From contig NZ_CP045921.1 in the NCBI RefSeq assembly GCF_025273655.1, positions 300,001-332,000 on the forward strand: DNA of 32,000 bases. Reading direction: 5' to 3'. This DNA is from Candidatus Saccharimonadota bacterium (GTDB taxonomy: Bacteria > Patescibacteriota > Saccharimonadia > Saccharimonadales > Saccharimonadaceae). The notes under the pieces are model-generated. The model saw only the letters and a list, made by a program, of their open reading frames with translations, was not told the DNA's origin and made no database searches. The position numbers and the translations under genes are program-made. Position 1 is the first letter of the stretch, and the number at the start of each line of letters is the position of its first letter. Below are positions 1-8,668 of this stretch, piece after piece.

Positions 1-875
1 GTAGTTTCCAGTTGTGGGACGCGGAACGCTCACCGCATCATGCGGCAGTGCTGCATATCGAGGCGGATCACCTCGATGTGCACGCAGACTTCGCGGAATA
101 CATCGCGGCTAAATCCAATATCGTGAAATATCAGACACGTAGTGACACTGCAGTGTACCACCCGACTAACGAATGGAGCCAAGCAATTGCCGAAAATATG
201 CCAGAGTTCGTCACTCAGGCGGCAAAATATGCAAGCCAGGACAACGGCAATCCAGCGCGCGAAACTGTCTATGTTGCAAGCGGCAAATTTGTGACTACCA
301 AAGGGCGCACAATTTGTGAGACGAGCGCACTCAAGCTACCGGGCGCGCACAATCAAGACAACGCTTGTGCAGCTATGAGTTTGTGTCTCAACTACGAAGT
401 GAGCGATACGCAGTTCGCAGAAGGTCTGAGTGCATTTACAGGTTTGCCGCACCGTCTGCGATTTGTGGCAGAGAAATCGGGTGTGAGCTACTATGACGAC
501 AGTATCGCTACCACTCCGGGTAGCGCGATTGCTGCTGCATACGCGTTTACTCAGCCAAAAGTTATGATACTTGGCGGTTCAAGCAAAGGTGCTGATTTCG
601 CGGAACTTGCTCATACATTGCAAGACGTACGAGTTCGCAAGCTGCTGCTTATCGGTGAGGAGGGCGCACGTATTGCTGCGACGTTTGCGCGCGAGGGGGT
701 AGCTGACTACGAGGAAGTAACTGGTACGATGGCCGACGTGGTGACCCGTGCTGCCGAGGTGTCTCAGCCTGGTGACGCTGTAATACTCAGTCCAGCTTGT
801 GCGAGTTTTGGCATGTTTCGGGACTACAAGGATCGTGGTGATCAGTTTATCTCAGCAGTTGGTACGCTCGCCTGA
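1..875 (+). CDS. murD: UDP-N-acetylmuramoylalanine--D-glutamate ligase MurD, C-terminal portion (5' end lies outside the window)
   Basis: The frame is open from the window edge to TGA at 873-875. Translated LPGAHNQDNACAA, GLPHRLRFV, YYDDSIATTPGSAIAA and ILSPACASFGMFRDYKDRGDQF are Mur-ligase central and C-terminal motifs typical of MurD. Confidence 0.85.
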   Translation, partial: SFQLWDAERSPHHAAVLHIEADHLDVHADFAEYIAAKSNIVKYQTRSDTAVYHPTNEWSQAIAENMPEFVTQAAKYASQDNGNPARETVYVASGKFVTTKGRTICETSALKLPGAHNQDNACAAMSLCLNYEVSDTQFAEGLSAFTGLPHRLRFVAEKSGVSYYDDSIATTPGSAIAAAYAFTQPKVMILGGSSKGADFAELAHTLQDVRVRKLLLIGEEGARIAATFAREGVADYEEVTGTMADVVTRAAEVSQPGDAVILSPACASFGMFRDYKDRGDQFISAVGTLA

Positions 876-910
876 GTGTTATACTAAAAGGAACGAATAC
901 GAGGAGAAGA

Positions 911-1900
911 ATGAACGAAGAGACTACTATAGTGCCGCAACAGCCTGCTGCGCCGCCTGAGCATCCCGCTGTCCGACAGGCAAACTTGACGAGTGATTAT
1001 GTAGTATTAGCCATCGGCGTTCTCGCGTCGCTTGCGGTAGTGGGGCTAGTGTTTCTTACCAGCATCGCATCGTTTATCTATGGTACTGAAGTGGTTGCAG
1101 AGGAAACTGGTGCGAGTCCAGTCGAAGATTTTTTTGGTAATTTGTTCGGTATCGCAATTGTAGTAGGCGTCGCGCTGGCATTTATTCTCACGCTTATCCG
1201 TATGATGCGCCAGCAGATGCTTGGCAATGCGCTGCAAGTGGAATACAGCGACTACGCATGGCTGCGCGAGTGGAGCAATCAAGTGGCGAAAGACCTGCAT
1301 ATGCCGCGAGTAGAGATCATGGTAACGCAGGATCCAGTGATCAATGCCTATGCGTTCGGTTTCGCTACCCCGTACACTATCGTGCTTCATTCGGGCTCGA
1401 TTCGCTGGCTAACGCATGAGCAGCTCAAGGCTGTGGTGGTGCACGAGATGGCGCATGTGAAGTATCGTCATACGCAGATCGGGACGTATCTCAACTTGCT
1501 ACGCATGATTCCGGTGATTGGAACACTCAACGGCTGGTTGCTCGATTTCTGGGGGCGCCGTGCAGAGTTGACAGCCGACCGATTGGCACTGTGCTACTTG
1601 CGCGACGGCAAGCTGGTGAAGGAGTCGCTGATCGGTGTGCATGTAGGGCCGGATGTCGCAACATCATTTAACGATATCGCACAGCAGTGGCAAGTGTATA
1701 TGACGGATAACTACTTTAATCGCTTCACGCAGACGTTTAGCTCACATCCTTTCTTGGTACGACGTCTGCGCCATATCGATGCAAAAACCGAGGAATTCAC
1801 ACCTATCTGGCCACCTAAAACTACAATTGTCCGCAAAAAACCTATCACCAAGAAAGAGACGGCCGCGTCCGATGCAGCCACTGAAGAAACGACTCGATAA
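911..1900 (+). CDS. M48-family zinc metalloprotease (HtpX/Ste24-like), membrane-associated
   Basis: HExxH motif HEMAHVKYRH. Hydrophobic N-terminal helices (VVLAIGVLASLAVVGLVFL, IAIVVGVALAFILTLI). GAGGAG Shine-Dalgarno at 901-906, 4 nt before the ATG. Confidence 0.8.
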   Translation: MNEETTIVPQQPAAPPEHPAVRQANLTSDYVVLAIGVLASLAVVGLVFLTSIASFIYGTEVVAEETGASPVEDFFGNLFGIAIVVGVALAFILTLIRMMRQQMLGNALQVEYSDYAWLREWSNQVAKDLHMPRVEIMVTQDPVINAYAFGFATPYTIVLHSGSIRWLTHEQLKAVVVHEMAHVKYRHTQIGTYLNLLRMIPVIGTLNGWLLDFWGRRAELTADRLALCYLRDGKLVKESLIGVHVGPDVATSFNDIAQQWQVYMTDNYFNRFTQTFSSHPFLVRRLRHIDAKTEEFTPIWPPKTTIVRKKPITKKETAASDAATEETTR

Positions 1901-2954
1901 TCTCAGGCGCGAGTTCGACGACTTATTCGCCAAACTCCAGATTGCCGACAAACAAACGCAGCGAGACGCGCTCGAGGATGAGCTAACTCGGCCGGAACTG
2001 TGGAATAATCCGACACATGCAACTGAGGTCAACAAGCAGTTTGCGGCGCTTGATAGTACGGTGTCGCCCTGGACAACACTTGCAGCGCAGCTTCGTGATA
2101 TTGCCGAGCTAATGGAGCTAGGTGACGACACACTAGCGGGTGAGTTTGATGGGCAAATTACTGCCATGGAGTCACAGCTCGATGAGCTACGAAAAGCCCT
2201 GAGATTCACAGGCGCTTTTGATGACCACAATGCGATTATCCGTCTCAGTGCGGGCGTGGGTGGTACCGATGCGCAGGATTTCACCGAGATGCTCGAGCGC
2301 ATGTATCTGCGTTGGGCAGAAAAGTCAGGCATGACTACCAGTAGTGTGGAGCGTTCAACCGGCGAAGAAGCTGGCGTGAAAACAAGCGTGATTGAGATCG
2401 TCGGGCCATATGCATATGGCAAGCTACGTGGCGAACATGGCGTGCATCGTCTAGTGCGGTTAAGTCCGTTTAACAGCGACAATCTGCGCCAGACAAGCTT
2501 TGCGCTCGTGGAAGTACTGCCGCAAATTGATACGCCAGACGAGGTGACGATTGATGACAAAGATCTGAAGATTGATGTATATCGTAGTGGTGGGCATGGT
2601 GGTCAAAGCGTCAATACCACCGATAGCGCCGTGCGTGTGACGCATTTGCCTACGGGCATCGTAGTAGCGATTCAAAACGAACGGAGCCAGATTCAGAATA
2701 AGGAGACAGCTATGAAGATACTCCGCTCCAAGCTCGCGCAATTGCAGCTTGAGCAACATGCGGCGTCAATAGCTGATTTGCAGGCTGGTGAAAGCGCCAA
2801 CTGGGGTTCACAAATCCGCAACTACGTATTGCATCCGTATTCACTCGTCAAAGACACGCGGACGAAGTACGAAGAAAAGGATCCGCAGGCGGTACTGGAT
2901 GGCAAGCTGGATGGTTTTATGGAGTCGTATCTGGAGAATAGTAGCTATGAGTAA
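1872..2954 (+). CDS. prfB: peptide chain release factor 2, encoded in one continuous frame
   Basis: SPF tripeptide (LSPFNS) and GGQ motif (SGGHGGQSVNTTDSAVRVTH). MQPLKKRLDNLRREFDDLFAKL aligns with RF2 N-termini. I chose ATG 1872 within the longer ORF 1779-2954. It overlaps the M48 gene's 3' end by 29 nt. Confidence 0.9.
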   Translation: MQPLKKRLDNLRREFDDLFAKLQIADKQTQRDALEDELTRPELWNNPTHATEVNKQFAALDSTVSPWTTLAAQLRDIAELMELGDDTLAGEFDGQITAMESQLDELRKALRFTGAFDDHNAIIRLSAGVGGTDAQDFTEMLERMYLRWAEKSGMTTSSVERSTGEEAGVKTSVIEIVGPYAYGKLRGEHGVHRLVRLSPFNSDNLRQTSFALVEVLPQIDTPDEVTIDDKDLKIDVYRSGGHGGQSVNTTDSAVRVTHLPTGIVVAIQNERSQIQNKETAMKILRSKLAQLQLEQHAASIADLQAGESANWGSQIRNYVLHPYSLVKDTRTKYEEKDPQAVLDGKLDGFMESYLENSSYE

Positions 2955-3432
2955 AGAGCGTATGAAAGCGCTGACATTGGTGTTTCTTCGGCGTGAGGGC
3001 GAGGTATTGCTTGCGATGAAAAAACGTGGCTTTGGGGCTGGTCGCTGGAATGGCGTAGGGGGAAAGCTTGAGCCGGGTGAAACTGTCGAGCAGGCACTTG
3101 TGCGAGAAACCTGGGAGGAAATTGGCGTAAAATTGCTATCGTATGATAAGGTGGCGCAGATTAGTTTTGATGAACTCTACAATGGCGAACGAACCACTAT
3201 GAATGTGACAGTGTACACGAGTGATAGTTGGGAGGGGGAGCCGACCGAGAGCGAAGAGATGCGACCAGAGTGGTACCGCGAAGATGAAGTGCCGTACGAT
3301 GATATGTGGCCCGATGACGTGTACTGGTTGCCTATGGTACTCGCGGAGGATGCCAAGATAAGGGCTTCATTTACGCTCGACGAACACGATACTATCGTAT
3401 CGCATGACGTGCAGAAAGTAGCAGAGTTGTAA
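2947..3432 (+). CDS. Nudix hydrolase, MTH1/NUDT1-like (probable 8-oxo-dGTP-type nucleotide sanitiser)
   Basis: Nudix box GGKLEPGETVEQALVRETWEEIGV. KKRGFGAGRWNGVGG closely resembles the MTH1 family. ATG 2947 overlaps the prfB stop (ATGAGTAA). The upstream part of ORF 2788-3432 is an out-of-frame read of prfB. Confidence 0.85.
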   Translation: MSKERMKALTLVFLRREGEVLLAMKKRGFGAGRWNGVGGKLEPGETVEQALVRETWEEIGVKLLSYDKVAQISFDELYNGERTTMNVTVYTSDSWEGEPTESEEMRPEWYREDEVPYDDMWPDDVYWLPMVLAEDAKIRASFTLDEHDTIVSHDVQKVAEL

Positions 3433-3436
3433 CACA

Positions 3437-3823
3437 ATGAAGGCCAGGGTGCGGCACTTCTACGACAAAACTCACTGGTTTTCGGATGAGGATGCCTGGA
3501 TGTTATTCCGCCTGGCGGCTTTTACCGAGGCGGTAGGCTGGACACTCCTCATCTCGGCTGTTATAAGCCGTAAACTTGGCATGCCGGGTGCAGATATTTT
3601 CGTGAGTATCGCGGGTACGCTGCACGGCGTATTCTTCCTGAGTTTTTTCTGCTTACTACTTGCCACGGCACGCAGCATGGAGTGGGGTATGTGGCGACTC
3701 GGGAGTGGCCTAGTGGCAGGTAATGTCCCGTACGGGTCGGTCGTGTTTGAGCGGATTATGCGCTGGCACCGGCGCAAATATCCAGTAGTCGTGACGGCGC
3801 CTGTCGGCTATGATGAAGATTAG
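3437..3823 (+). CDS. small integral membrane protein, DUF3817-like
   Basis: Three to four hydrophobic helices. The pattern FRLAAFTEAVGW...GTLHGVFF...PYGSVVFER resembles DUF3817, recalled from memory only. Confidence 0.55.
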   Translation: MKARVRHFYDKTHWFSDEDAWMLFRLAAFTEAVGWTLLISAVISRKLGMPGADIFVSIAGTLHGVFFLSFFCLLLATARSMEWGMWRLGSGLVAGNVPYGSVVFERIMRWHRRKYPVVVTAPVGYDED

Positions 3824-3827
3824 AGAA

Positions 3828-3855
3828 TTGAAGCCGCGAGCGCTTATGCTATACT
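3828..3855 (+). promoter_or_regulatory. sigma70-type promoter of ftsE (TTGAAG-N16-TATACT with TGc extended -10)
   Basis: TTGAAG at 3828-3833 and TGCTATACT ending at 3855, 10 nt before ATG 3866. It shares an 11-nt block with the promoter at 5560-5589. Confidence 0.45.
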
Positions 3856-3865
3856 ACATATAGTA

Positions 3866-4549
3866 ATGATTCTGTTAGATAGGGTTACCAAGACATATGG
3901 CAAGGCAGCAAAACCGGCGATTAATCGTGTCAGTTTGCATATCGAACCGAAAGAGTTTGTGATACTCGTGGGTACGAGCGGCGCGGGCAAATCGACACTG
4001 CTCAAGCTCCTAACGCGCGAAGAGAAGCCAAGCAGCGGCAAAATCGTGGTTGGCGGTATCGACTACGATAATCTCAAAGATAAACATATTCCGCTACTGC
4101 GCCGCAAAATCGGTGTAGTATTCCAGGATTTCAAACTATTGCCACAGCGTACCGTATACGAAAACGTGGCATTTGCGCTTGAAATCGCCGGTATGACTAA
4201 TCGTGAGATCAAGGCAACGGTACCAAAGGTGATTGAGCTAGTAGGGCTTGCCGGCAAAGAAAAAAGTTTCCCCAGGCAACTCTCTGGTGGTGAGCGCCAG
4301 CGTGTGGCAATTGCGCGTGCAATCGTGCGTCAGCCAAAAATCCTCATCGCAGACGAGCCAACAGGAAACCTTGATCCACGTCACAGTTGGGATATTGTAA
4401 AACTTCTCGAGAAAATTAATCGTTACGGCACAACCGTGCTGCTCACGACGCACAACGTTGAGATTGTCAACAAGCTCAAGCGTCGTGTGATCACGCTTGA
4501 ACATGGCAAGATTACCAGTGATCAAGTATCAGGGAGCTATAAGCAATGA
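3866..4549 (+). CDS. ftsE: cell division ATP-binding protein FtsE
   Basis: Walker A GTSGAGKST, ABC signature LSGGERQRVAIARA, Walker B ILIADEPTGNLD. Typical FtsE N-terminus and size. Followed by ftsX with an ATGA overlap. Confidence 0.9.
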   Translation: MILLDRVTKTYGKAAKPAINRVSLHIEPKEFVILVGTSGAGKSTLLKLLTREEKPSSGKIVVGGIDYDNLKDKHIPLLRRKIGVVFQDFKLLPQRTVYENVAFALEIAGMTNREIKATVPKVIELVGLAGKEKSFPRQLSGGERQRVAIARAIVRQPKILIADEPTGNLDPRHSWDIVKLLEKINRYGTTVLLTTHNVEIVNKLKRRVITLEHGKITSDQVSGSYKQ

Positions 4550-5532
4550 GTCGAGGTAACAACAAATCAGAGGCAAAGTTGTTCGCACTCAAAAAACGTC
4601 GCCGTCGCCAGTGGCTGACGTTTGTGCGCATGTGTCGCTACGGCATTAATAATTTTAGTCGCAACGCGTGGCTGACAATCGCGGCTACGGCTATGATGAC
4701 ATTGACACTGTTTGTGATCTTGATGACGCTCGTGTCGCGCAACATTTTGCTGGATAGTGTGGCCGAGATCCGCAACAAAGTCGATATGTCTGTATATGTG
4801 AAATCTGATACGAGCGAAAAAGATGTCGATAAGCTTGAGGCATCACTCGAGAACGTCGAAGGTGTGACAAAGGTGACCTATGTGACCCCGGAAGAGGCGA
4901 GAACAAACTATGCCGAAGCAAATAAGAACAACCCACGGGCGCTTGATGCACTCAATCTCGCAGATGCACAGTTTCCAGGTACGTTTCGTGTCAACGTGGT
5001 GGATATTAACGATACTGCTGCATTGACAGAATTTACTAAGAATAACGAACTCTACAAAAAGGTGAGTGATCCAGATAGGCCGGCGTCGTTTGCGGGCGAT
5101 AAGCGTGATGCGATCGCTAATATTGGTCGTTGGGTCAATTTCGCCGAGAAGATGGGACTAATAATTAGTGTAATCCTCGTGACAATCTCATCCCTAATCG
5201 TCTTCAATACTATTCGCATGGCAATCTTCAACCGTAAGGAGGAGATTGAGATGATGAAGTTGATCGGTGCCGATAAAGGATTTATCCGGGGGCCATTTGT
5301 AGTAGAGGCAGTGGTCTATGGATTTATTGCAGCACTGATTGCAACTGTACTTGGTCTGTTGGCGCTTCACTTTGCAGCACCAAAGCTGGAGTCGTACGGT
5401 ATTGCGGTGAGTGGTACATTCGACAGTTTGATACTTTATATCGGGTTTGTACTGCCAGGGATGATCTTGGCAGGCGGACTGATTGGCGTCATCTCGTCTC
5501 TGTTTGCGACGCGTAAATACCTCAAGATTTAA
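4546..5532 (+). CDS. ftsX: cell division permease-like protein FtsX
   Basis: One N-terminal TM helix, then an extracytoplasmic domain (KVDMSVYVK...VTKVTYVTPEEA), then three C-terminal TM helices. Translationally coupled to ftsE. Confidence 0.85.
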   Translation: MSRGNNKSEAKLFALKKRRRRQWLTFVRMCRYGINNFSRNAWLTIAATAMMTLTLFVILMTLVSRNILLDSVAEIRNKVDMSVYVKSDTSEKDVDKLEASLENVEGVTKVTYVTPEEARTNYAEANKNNPRALDALNLADAQFPGTFRVNVVDINDTAALTEFTKNNELYKKVSDPDRPASFAGDKRDAIANIGRWVNFAEKMGLIISVILVTISSLIVFNTIRMAIFNRKEEIEMMKLIGADKGFIRGPFVVEAVVYGFIAALIATVLGLLALHFAAPKLESYGIAVSGTFDSLILYIGFVLPGMILAGGLIGVISSLFATRKYLKI

Positions 5533-5559
5533 TGTGCGAAAAGCTACAACAGTGAATGC

Positions 5560-5589
5560 TTGACGTCACGAAAACGCTTATGCTAAGCT
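5560..5589 (+). promoter_or_regulatory. sigma70-type promoter of the CHAP hydrolase gene (TTGACG-N18-TAAGCT, TGc extended -10)
   Basis: TTGACG at 5560-5565 and TGCTAAGCT ending at 5589, 8 nt before ATG 5598. Confidence 0.45.
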
Positions 5590-5597
5590 AGGTAGTA

Positions 5598-6767
5598 ATG
5601 AAACTACGGTCCACCACACCAGTTTCGGAATCGTTTGCTGCCAAGGCAGCGAGTGTTGCATGCGCAGTGCTTATGGCGATTTCGACACCTATTGCTATTG
5701 GCAAGACGGCTTTTGCTAATTACGACGCACAAATCAATGCCGCACAACAAGAGGCAAACGCTAACGGCGCACAGGCTGCAGAAATCGGTCGTATGGCCGA
5801 TACGTTGCAGGCTGAACTCGATCAGATAGAGGCGCAGAAAGCCGCTATCATAGATCAGATTCACCAAAGTGAAGCACGCCGCGATAAATTTGCGAGTGAT
5901 ATCAAAGACAGCGAAGTAAAGATTGCGGATAACAAAAAAGCACTCGGCAACACAATCACCGATATGTATGTCGATTCTAGCACCTCGACGCTTGAGATGA
6001 TCGCGAGTAGCAAGACAATTGGTGATTTCGTAGACAAACAAGCGCAGCAGTCTGCAGTGCAGAATAAGCTTGACGATACAATTGATAAGATTGCTGCCCT
6101 CAAGAAGCAGCTTGAAGAGCAAAAGCAGGGTGTAGAACGCGAACTGACCAATCAAGAGGCGCAGCGCAAACAGCTTGCTGATAAAGAAGCCGAAAAAGCA
6201 GCTATCGTAGAAGAAACTCGTGGTCAAGAGGACGCGTATCGCCAGAAGGCAAATGCCAAAAACGCCGAAGTAGAGCGCCTTCGCGCTGCGCAGGCCGAAG
6301 AGAATCGCCGAGCTGCAGCAGCTGCAGCAGCTGCTGCAGCCAAGAGTGGCGGTGGCTGGAGTGGTTCGATCCCCGCTGGTACGCCTGGTGGTGGTGGGTA
6401 CCCTGGAGTGTGGGCAAATGCACCGCTTGATGCGTATATTGACCCTTGGGGACTCTATACTCGCGAATGTGTGAGCTATGCCGCCTGGAAGGTAGCAAGT
6501 ACTGGACGCTTCGTGCCGCACTTCGGCGGCGCGGGCAACGCACGTCAATGGCCCTCAACTGTTGCTGCCTATGGTATTCAGAGTGGTAGTACGCCACGCG
6601 CCGGCTCGGTAGCTATGTGGCCTATCGGCTATTATGGCCATGTAATGTATGTTGAGAGCGTCAATGCCGACGGCACTATCACGGTAAGTGACTATAATCT
6701 TGAATGGGATGGATTATATCGTAAATATACTCGCTCGGCAGCCGGCCTCACCTATATCTATTTCTAA
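5598..6767 (+). CDS. secreted coiled-coil plus CHAP-domain peptidoglycan hydrolase (PcsB-like architecture)
   Basis: Signal-like N-terminus. About 230 aa of heptad-rich Q/E/K/A sequence. Poly-Ala/Gly linker (RRAAAAAAAAAKSGGGWSG). C-terminal CHAP domain with Cys (ECVSYAAWK) and His (GHVMYVESV). Confidence 0.8.
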   Translation: MKLRSTTPVSESFAAKAASVACAVLMAISTPIAIGKTAFANYDAQINAAQQEANANGAQAAEIGRMADTLQAELDQIEAQKAAIIDQIHQSEARRDKFASDIKDSEVKIADNKKALGNTITDMYVDSSTSTLEMIASSKTIGDFVDKQAQQSAVQNKLDDTIDKIAALKKQLEEQKQGVERELTNQEAQRKQLADKEAEKAAIVEETRGQEDAYRQKANAKNAEVERLRAAQAEENRRAAAAAAAAAAKSGGGWSGSIPAGTPGGGGYPGVWANAPLDAYIDPWGLYTRECVSYAAWKVASTGRFVPHFGGAGNARQWPSTVAAYGIQSGSTPRAGSVAMWPIGYYGHVMYVESVNADGTITVSDYNLEWDGLYRKYTRSAAGLTYIYF

Positions 6768-6790
6768 GCCGAGTCACAATTGTTATGGTA

Positions 6791-6819
6791 ATACCGCATT
6801 TCGTACTGAAATGCGGTAT
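6791..6819 (+). terminator. stem-loop downstream of the CHAP gene (12-bp perfect stem, 5-nt loop)
   Basis: ATACCGCATTTC (6791-6802) pairs with GAAATGCGGTAT (6808-6819), with loop GTACT. The following tract ACTTATAT is only weakly T-rich, so it may attenuate rather than fully terminate. Confidence 0.5.
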
Positions 6820-6848
6820 ACTTATATGAGTAAAAACGGAGGAAACCA

Positions 6849-8081
6849 GTGGCAGACAAACAGCCGACTCATAGCGCGCACGCCCCAGCACGCGGAACCG
6901 CAAAACCAACAACTTTTAGTGCGACATTTGTCATAATTGCGGTGCTTGTAGCATCTGCAGTGAGCTTTGTCGCAGGCACGCGCGGCACGGAGCTTCTTAG
7001 CATGGTAGGCGGGACATTTGGCGTGCAGGTGAGCACCGACCAGTTGGATGCCAGTTCATTGCAGGAGACATATCGCAAACTCAATGCCAAGTTTGACGGC
7101 AAGCTCGACGAGCAGAAGCTTATAGAGGGTGCAAACAAAGGACTGGTAGCAGCTGCGGGTGATACTTATACCCAGTATTTTACCGCCAAAGAGGCTCAGG
7201 ATCTGCAAAATGATTTGTCGGGTAACATCGGCGGCGGTATCGGCGCGGAGCTGGGCAATCGCAATGACAAAGTGACAGTAATCCGTACGCTCGACAACTC
7301 TCCCGCCTCGCGAGCTGGCCTGGCGGCGGGAGATGTGATCATCGGTATCAACGGTGAATCGGCACAGAAGCTGACTGTCGATGAAGTAGTGGACAAAGTG
7401 CGCGGTGATGTCGGCTCGACGGTCAAAATTACTATTGAGCGCGATGGACAGGCAAAAGATTTCACAGTTACACGCGAGAAGATTGTTGCACCGGACGTAG
7501 AGTCAAAAGTGAAGGACGGGGTGGGTATTATTACGGTAAGTCGTTTTGACAAAGATACTGGCACCAAAGTGCGCTCTAGCGCCGAAGATATGAAGCGGCA
7601 AAACGTGAAAGGCGTGATACTTGACCTTCGCGGTAACGGCGGCGGCTATCTAGAAGCGGGTATCGATACGGCGAGCGTATGGCTGAACAATCAAGTGGTC
7701 GTATCGGAGCGTCGCGACGGCAAAGTGGTAGATGAACGTAAATCCGCCAAAAACCCAGTGTTGGGTGATACGCCAACGGTAGTGCTGATCAACGCCGGCT
7801 CGGCAAGTGCCAGTGAGATTGTAGCTGGTGCGTTGCATGATCATGGCAAGGCGAAGCTGATTGGTGAGAAATCATTCGGTAAGGGTAGTGTCCAAGAGCT
7901 CGTAGATCTTACGAACGGCGATCAGTTGAAGGTAACTGTAGCACGCTGGTATACACCAAATGGCAAAAACATTACTAAAGAGGGTATAGCGCCAGATACA
8001 AAGGTAGATCTGACGAAAGACGATGTCAATGCCGACAAAGACCCACAGCTTGATACGGCGCTGCAGCAGCTCTCGCAGTAA
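6849..8081 (+). CDS. S41 family C-terminal processing peptidase with PDZ domain (CtpA/Prc-like)
   Basis: N-terminal TM anchor and a PDZ region (GAELGNRNDKVTVIRTLDNSPASRAGLAAGDVIIGING). LDLRGNGGG, catalytic GSASASEIVAGAL and SFGKGSVQ motifs. GTG start 6 nt after GGAGGA. Confidence 0.9.
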   Translation: MADKQPTHSAHAPARGTAKPTTFSATFVIIAVLVASAVSFVAGTRGTELLSMVGGTFGVQVSTDQLDASSLQETYRKLNAKFDGKLDEQKLIEGANKGLVAAAGDTYTQYFTAKEAQDLQNDLSGNIGGGIGAELGNRNDKVTVIRTLDNSPASRAGLAAGDVIIGINGESAQKLTVDEVVDKVRGDVGSTVKITIERDGQAKDFTVTREKIVAPDVESKVKDGVGIITVSRFDKDTGTKVRSSAEDMKRQNVKGVILDLRGNGGGYLEAGIDTASVWLNNQVVVSERRDGKVVDERKSAKNPVLGDTPTVVLINAGSASASEIVAGALHDHGKAKLIGEKSFGKGSVQELVDLTNGDQLKVTVARWYTPNGKNITKEGIAPDTKVDLTKDDVNADKDPQLDTALQQLSQ

Positions 8082-8122
8082 CAGCTTGTGCTTTGAGTGG
8101 TGAGTAGAGTACAATGAGGTCT

Positions 8123-8512
8123 ATGGATACCAAAAAGAAAATTCTCCTCGTAGAAGACGACACGACACTTGCAGAAGTATATCGCTCTAGGCTTGAGCTT
8201 GAAGGATTTGAAACAAAGCTAGTGACTAATGGTGAAGACGCACTTTCTAGTATTCAGGAATACAAGCCAGATCTAGTATTACTTGACGCTATGATGCCAA
8301 AGATTAGCGGTTTCGACGTACTCGATATTATTCGTAATACGCCAGCAACAGCCAATACGCGCGTGATCATGCTGACTGCTCTAAGCCAGCCGAAGGATAA
8401 AGAGCGCGCTGAGAATCTGGGTGTTGATGAATATTTGGTGAAATCACAAGTGGTGATTGGTGATGTGATTGCCAGGGTCAAACATCACCTCGGCCTTCCA
8501 GTCGATCAATAA
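8123..8512 (+). CDS. single-domain (receiver-only, CheY-like) response regulator
   Basis: KKILLVEDD, phospho-acceptor context LVLLDAMMP, LTAL and KS(Q) receiver motifs, and no output domain. ATG 8114 is an alternative start. I prefer ATG 8123 because TACAAT at 8110-8115 sits 7 nt upstream. Confidence 0.85.
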   Translation: MDTKKKILLVEDDTTLAEVYRSRLELEGFETKLVTNGEDALSSIQEYKPDLVLLDAMMPKISGFDVLDIIRNTPATANTRVIMLTALSQPKDKERAENLGVDEYLVKSQVVIGDVIARVKHHLGLPVDQ

Positions 8513-8530
8513 TTGCGTTCTACATTTACA

Positions 8531-8557
8531 AAAACCTCCCGTGATCCGGGAGGTTTT
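8531..8557. terminator. rho-independent terminator, bidirectional form (AAAA-CCTCCCG-loop-CGGGAGG-TTTT)
   Basis: CCTCCCG (8535-8541) pairs with CGGGAGG (8547-8553). The stem is flanked by A4 and T5 runs and lies between convergent genes. Confidence 0.8.
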
Positions 8558-8610
8558 TAGCTATGTCGTGGCTTCCGCTTCTGTAGCTGGTTTTCATCAA
8601 TCAAGCCATA

Positions 8611-8650
8611 GATAAGCAAATACACTCGCGGTGGAGTGTATTTGCTTATC
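8611..8650 (-). terminator. 17-bp perfect hairpin downstream of rpmA
   Basis: GATAAGCAAATACACTC (8611-8627) pairs with GAGTGTATTTGCTTATC (8634-8650), with a 6-nt loop. It lies 19 nt past the rpmA stop on the minus strand and has no strong U-tract. Confidence 0.55.
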
Positions 8651-8668
8651 TAATCTCGCGAGGTGGGA

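Noticed and set aside
1779-1871. N-terminal extension of the prfB ORF (31 extra codons)
   Set aside because: The extension is Arg/Pro/Lys-rich, overlaps the M48 gene, and has no counterpart in RF2 N-termini. ATG 1872 gives a canonical RF2 start.
1742-2560. 272-codon ORF antisense to prfB
   Set aside because: It is Ser/Arg/Cys-rich with no motifs. The opposite strand encodes RF2 with SPF and GGQ motifs.
6306-6345. GCAGCAGCTGCAGCAGCTGCTGCAGCC short tandem repeat
   Set aside because: It encodes the poly-Ala linker of the CHAP protein. It is low-complexity coding sequence, not a regulatory repeat, although its length could vary between strains.
6355-6385. GGTTCGATCCCC, a tRNA T-loop-like string
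   Set aside because: It lies inside the Gly/Ser linker codons of the CHAP protein (GGGWSGSIPAG). No acceptor, D or anticodon arms can be drawn around it.
5604-6548. 314-codon ORF antisense to the CHAP hydrolase gene
   Set aside because: The translation is low-complexity (Cys/Ser/Leu/Arg-rich). It mirrors the GCN/CAG/GAA-rich coiled-coil codons of the well-supported plus-strand gene, so it is a shadow ORF.
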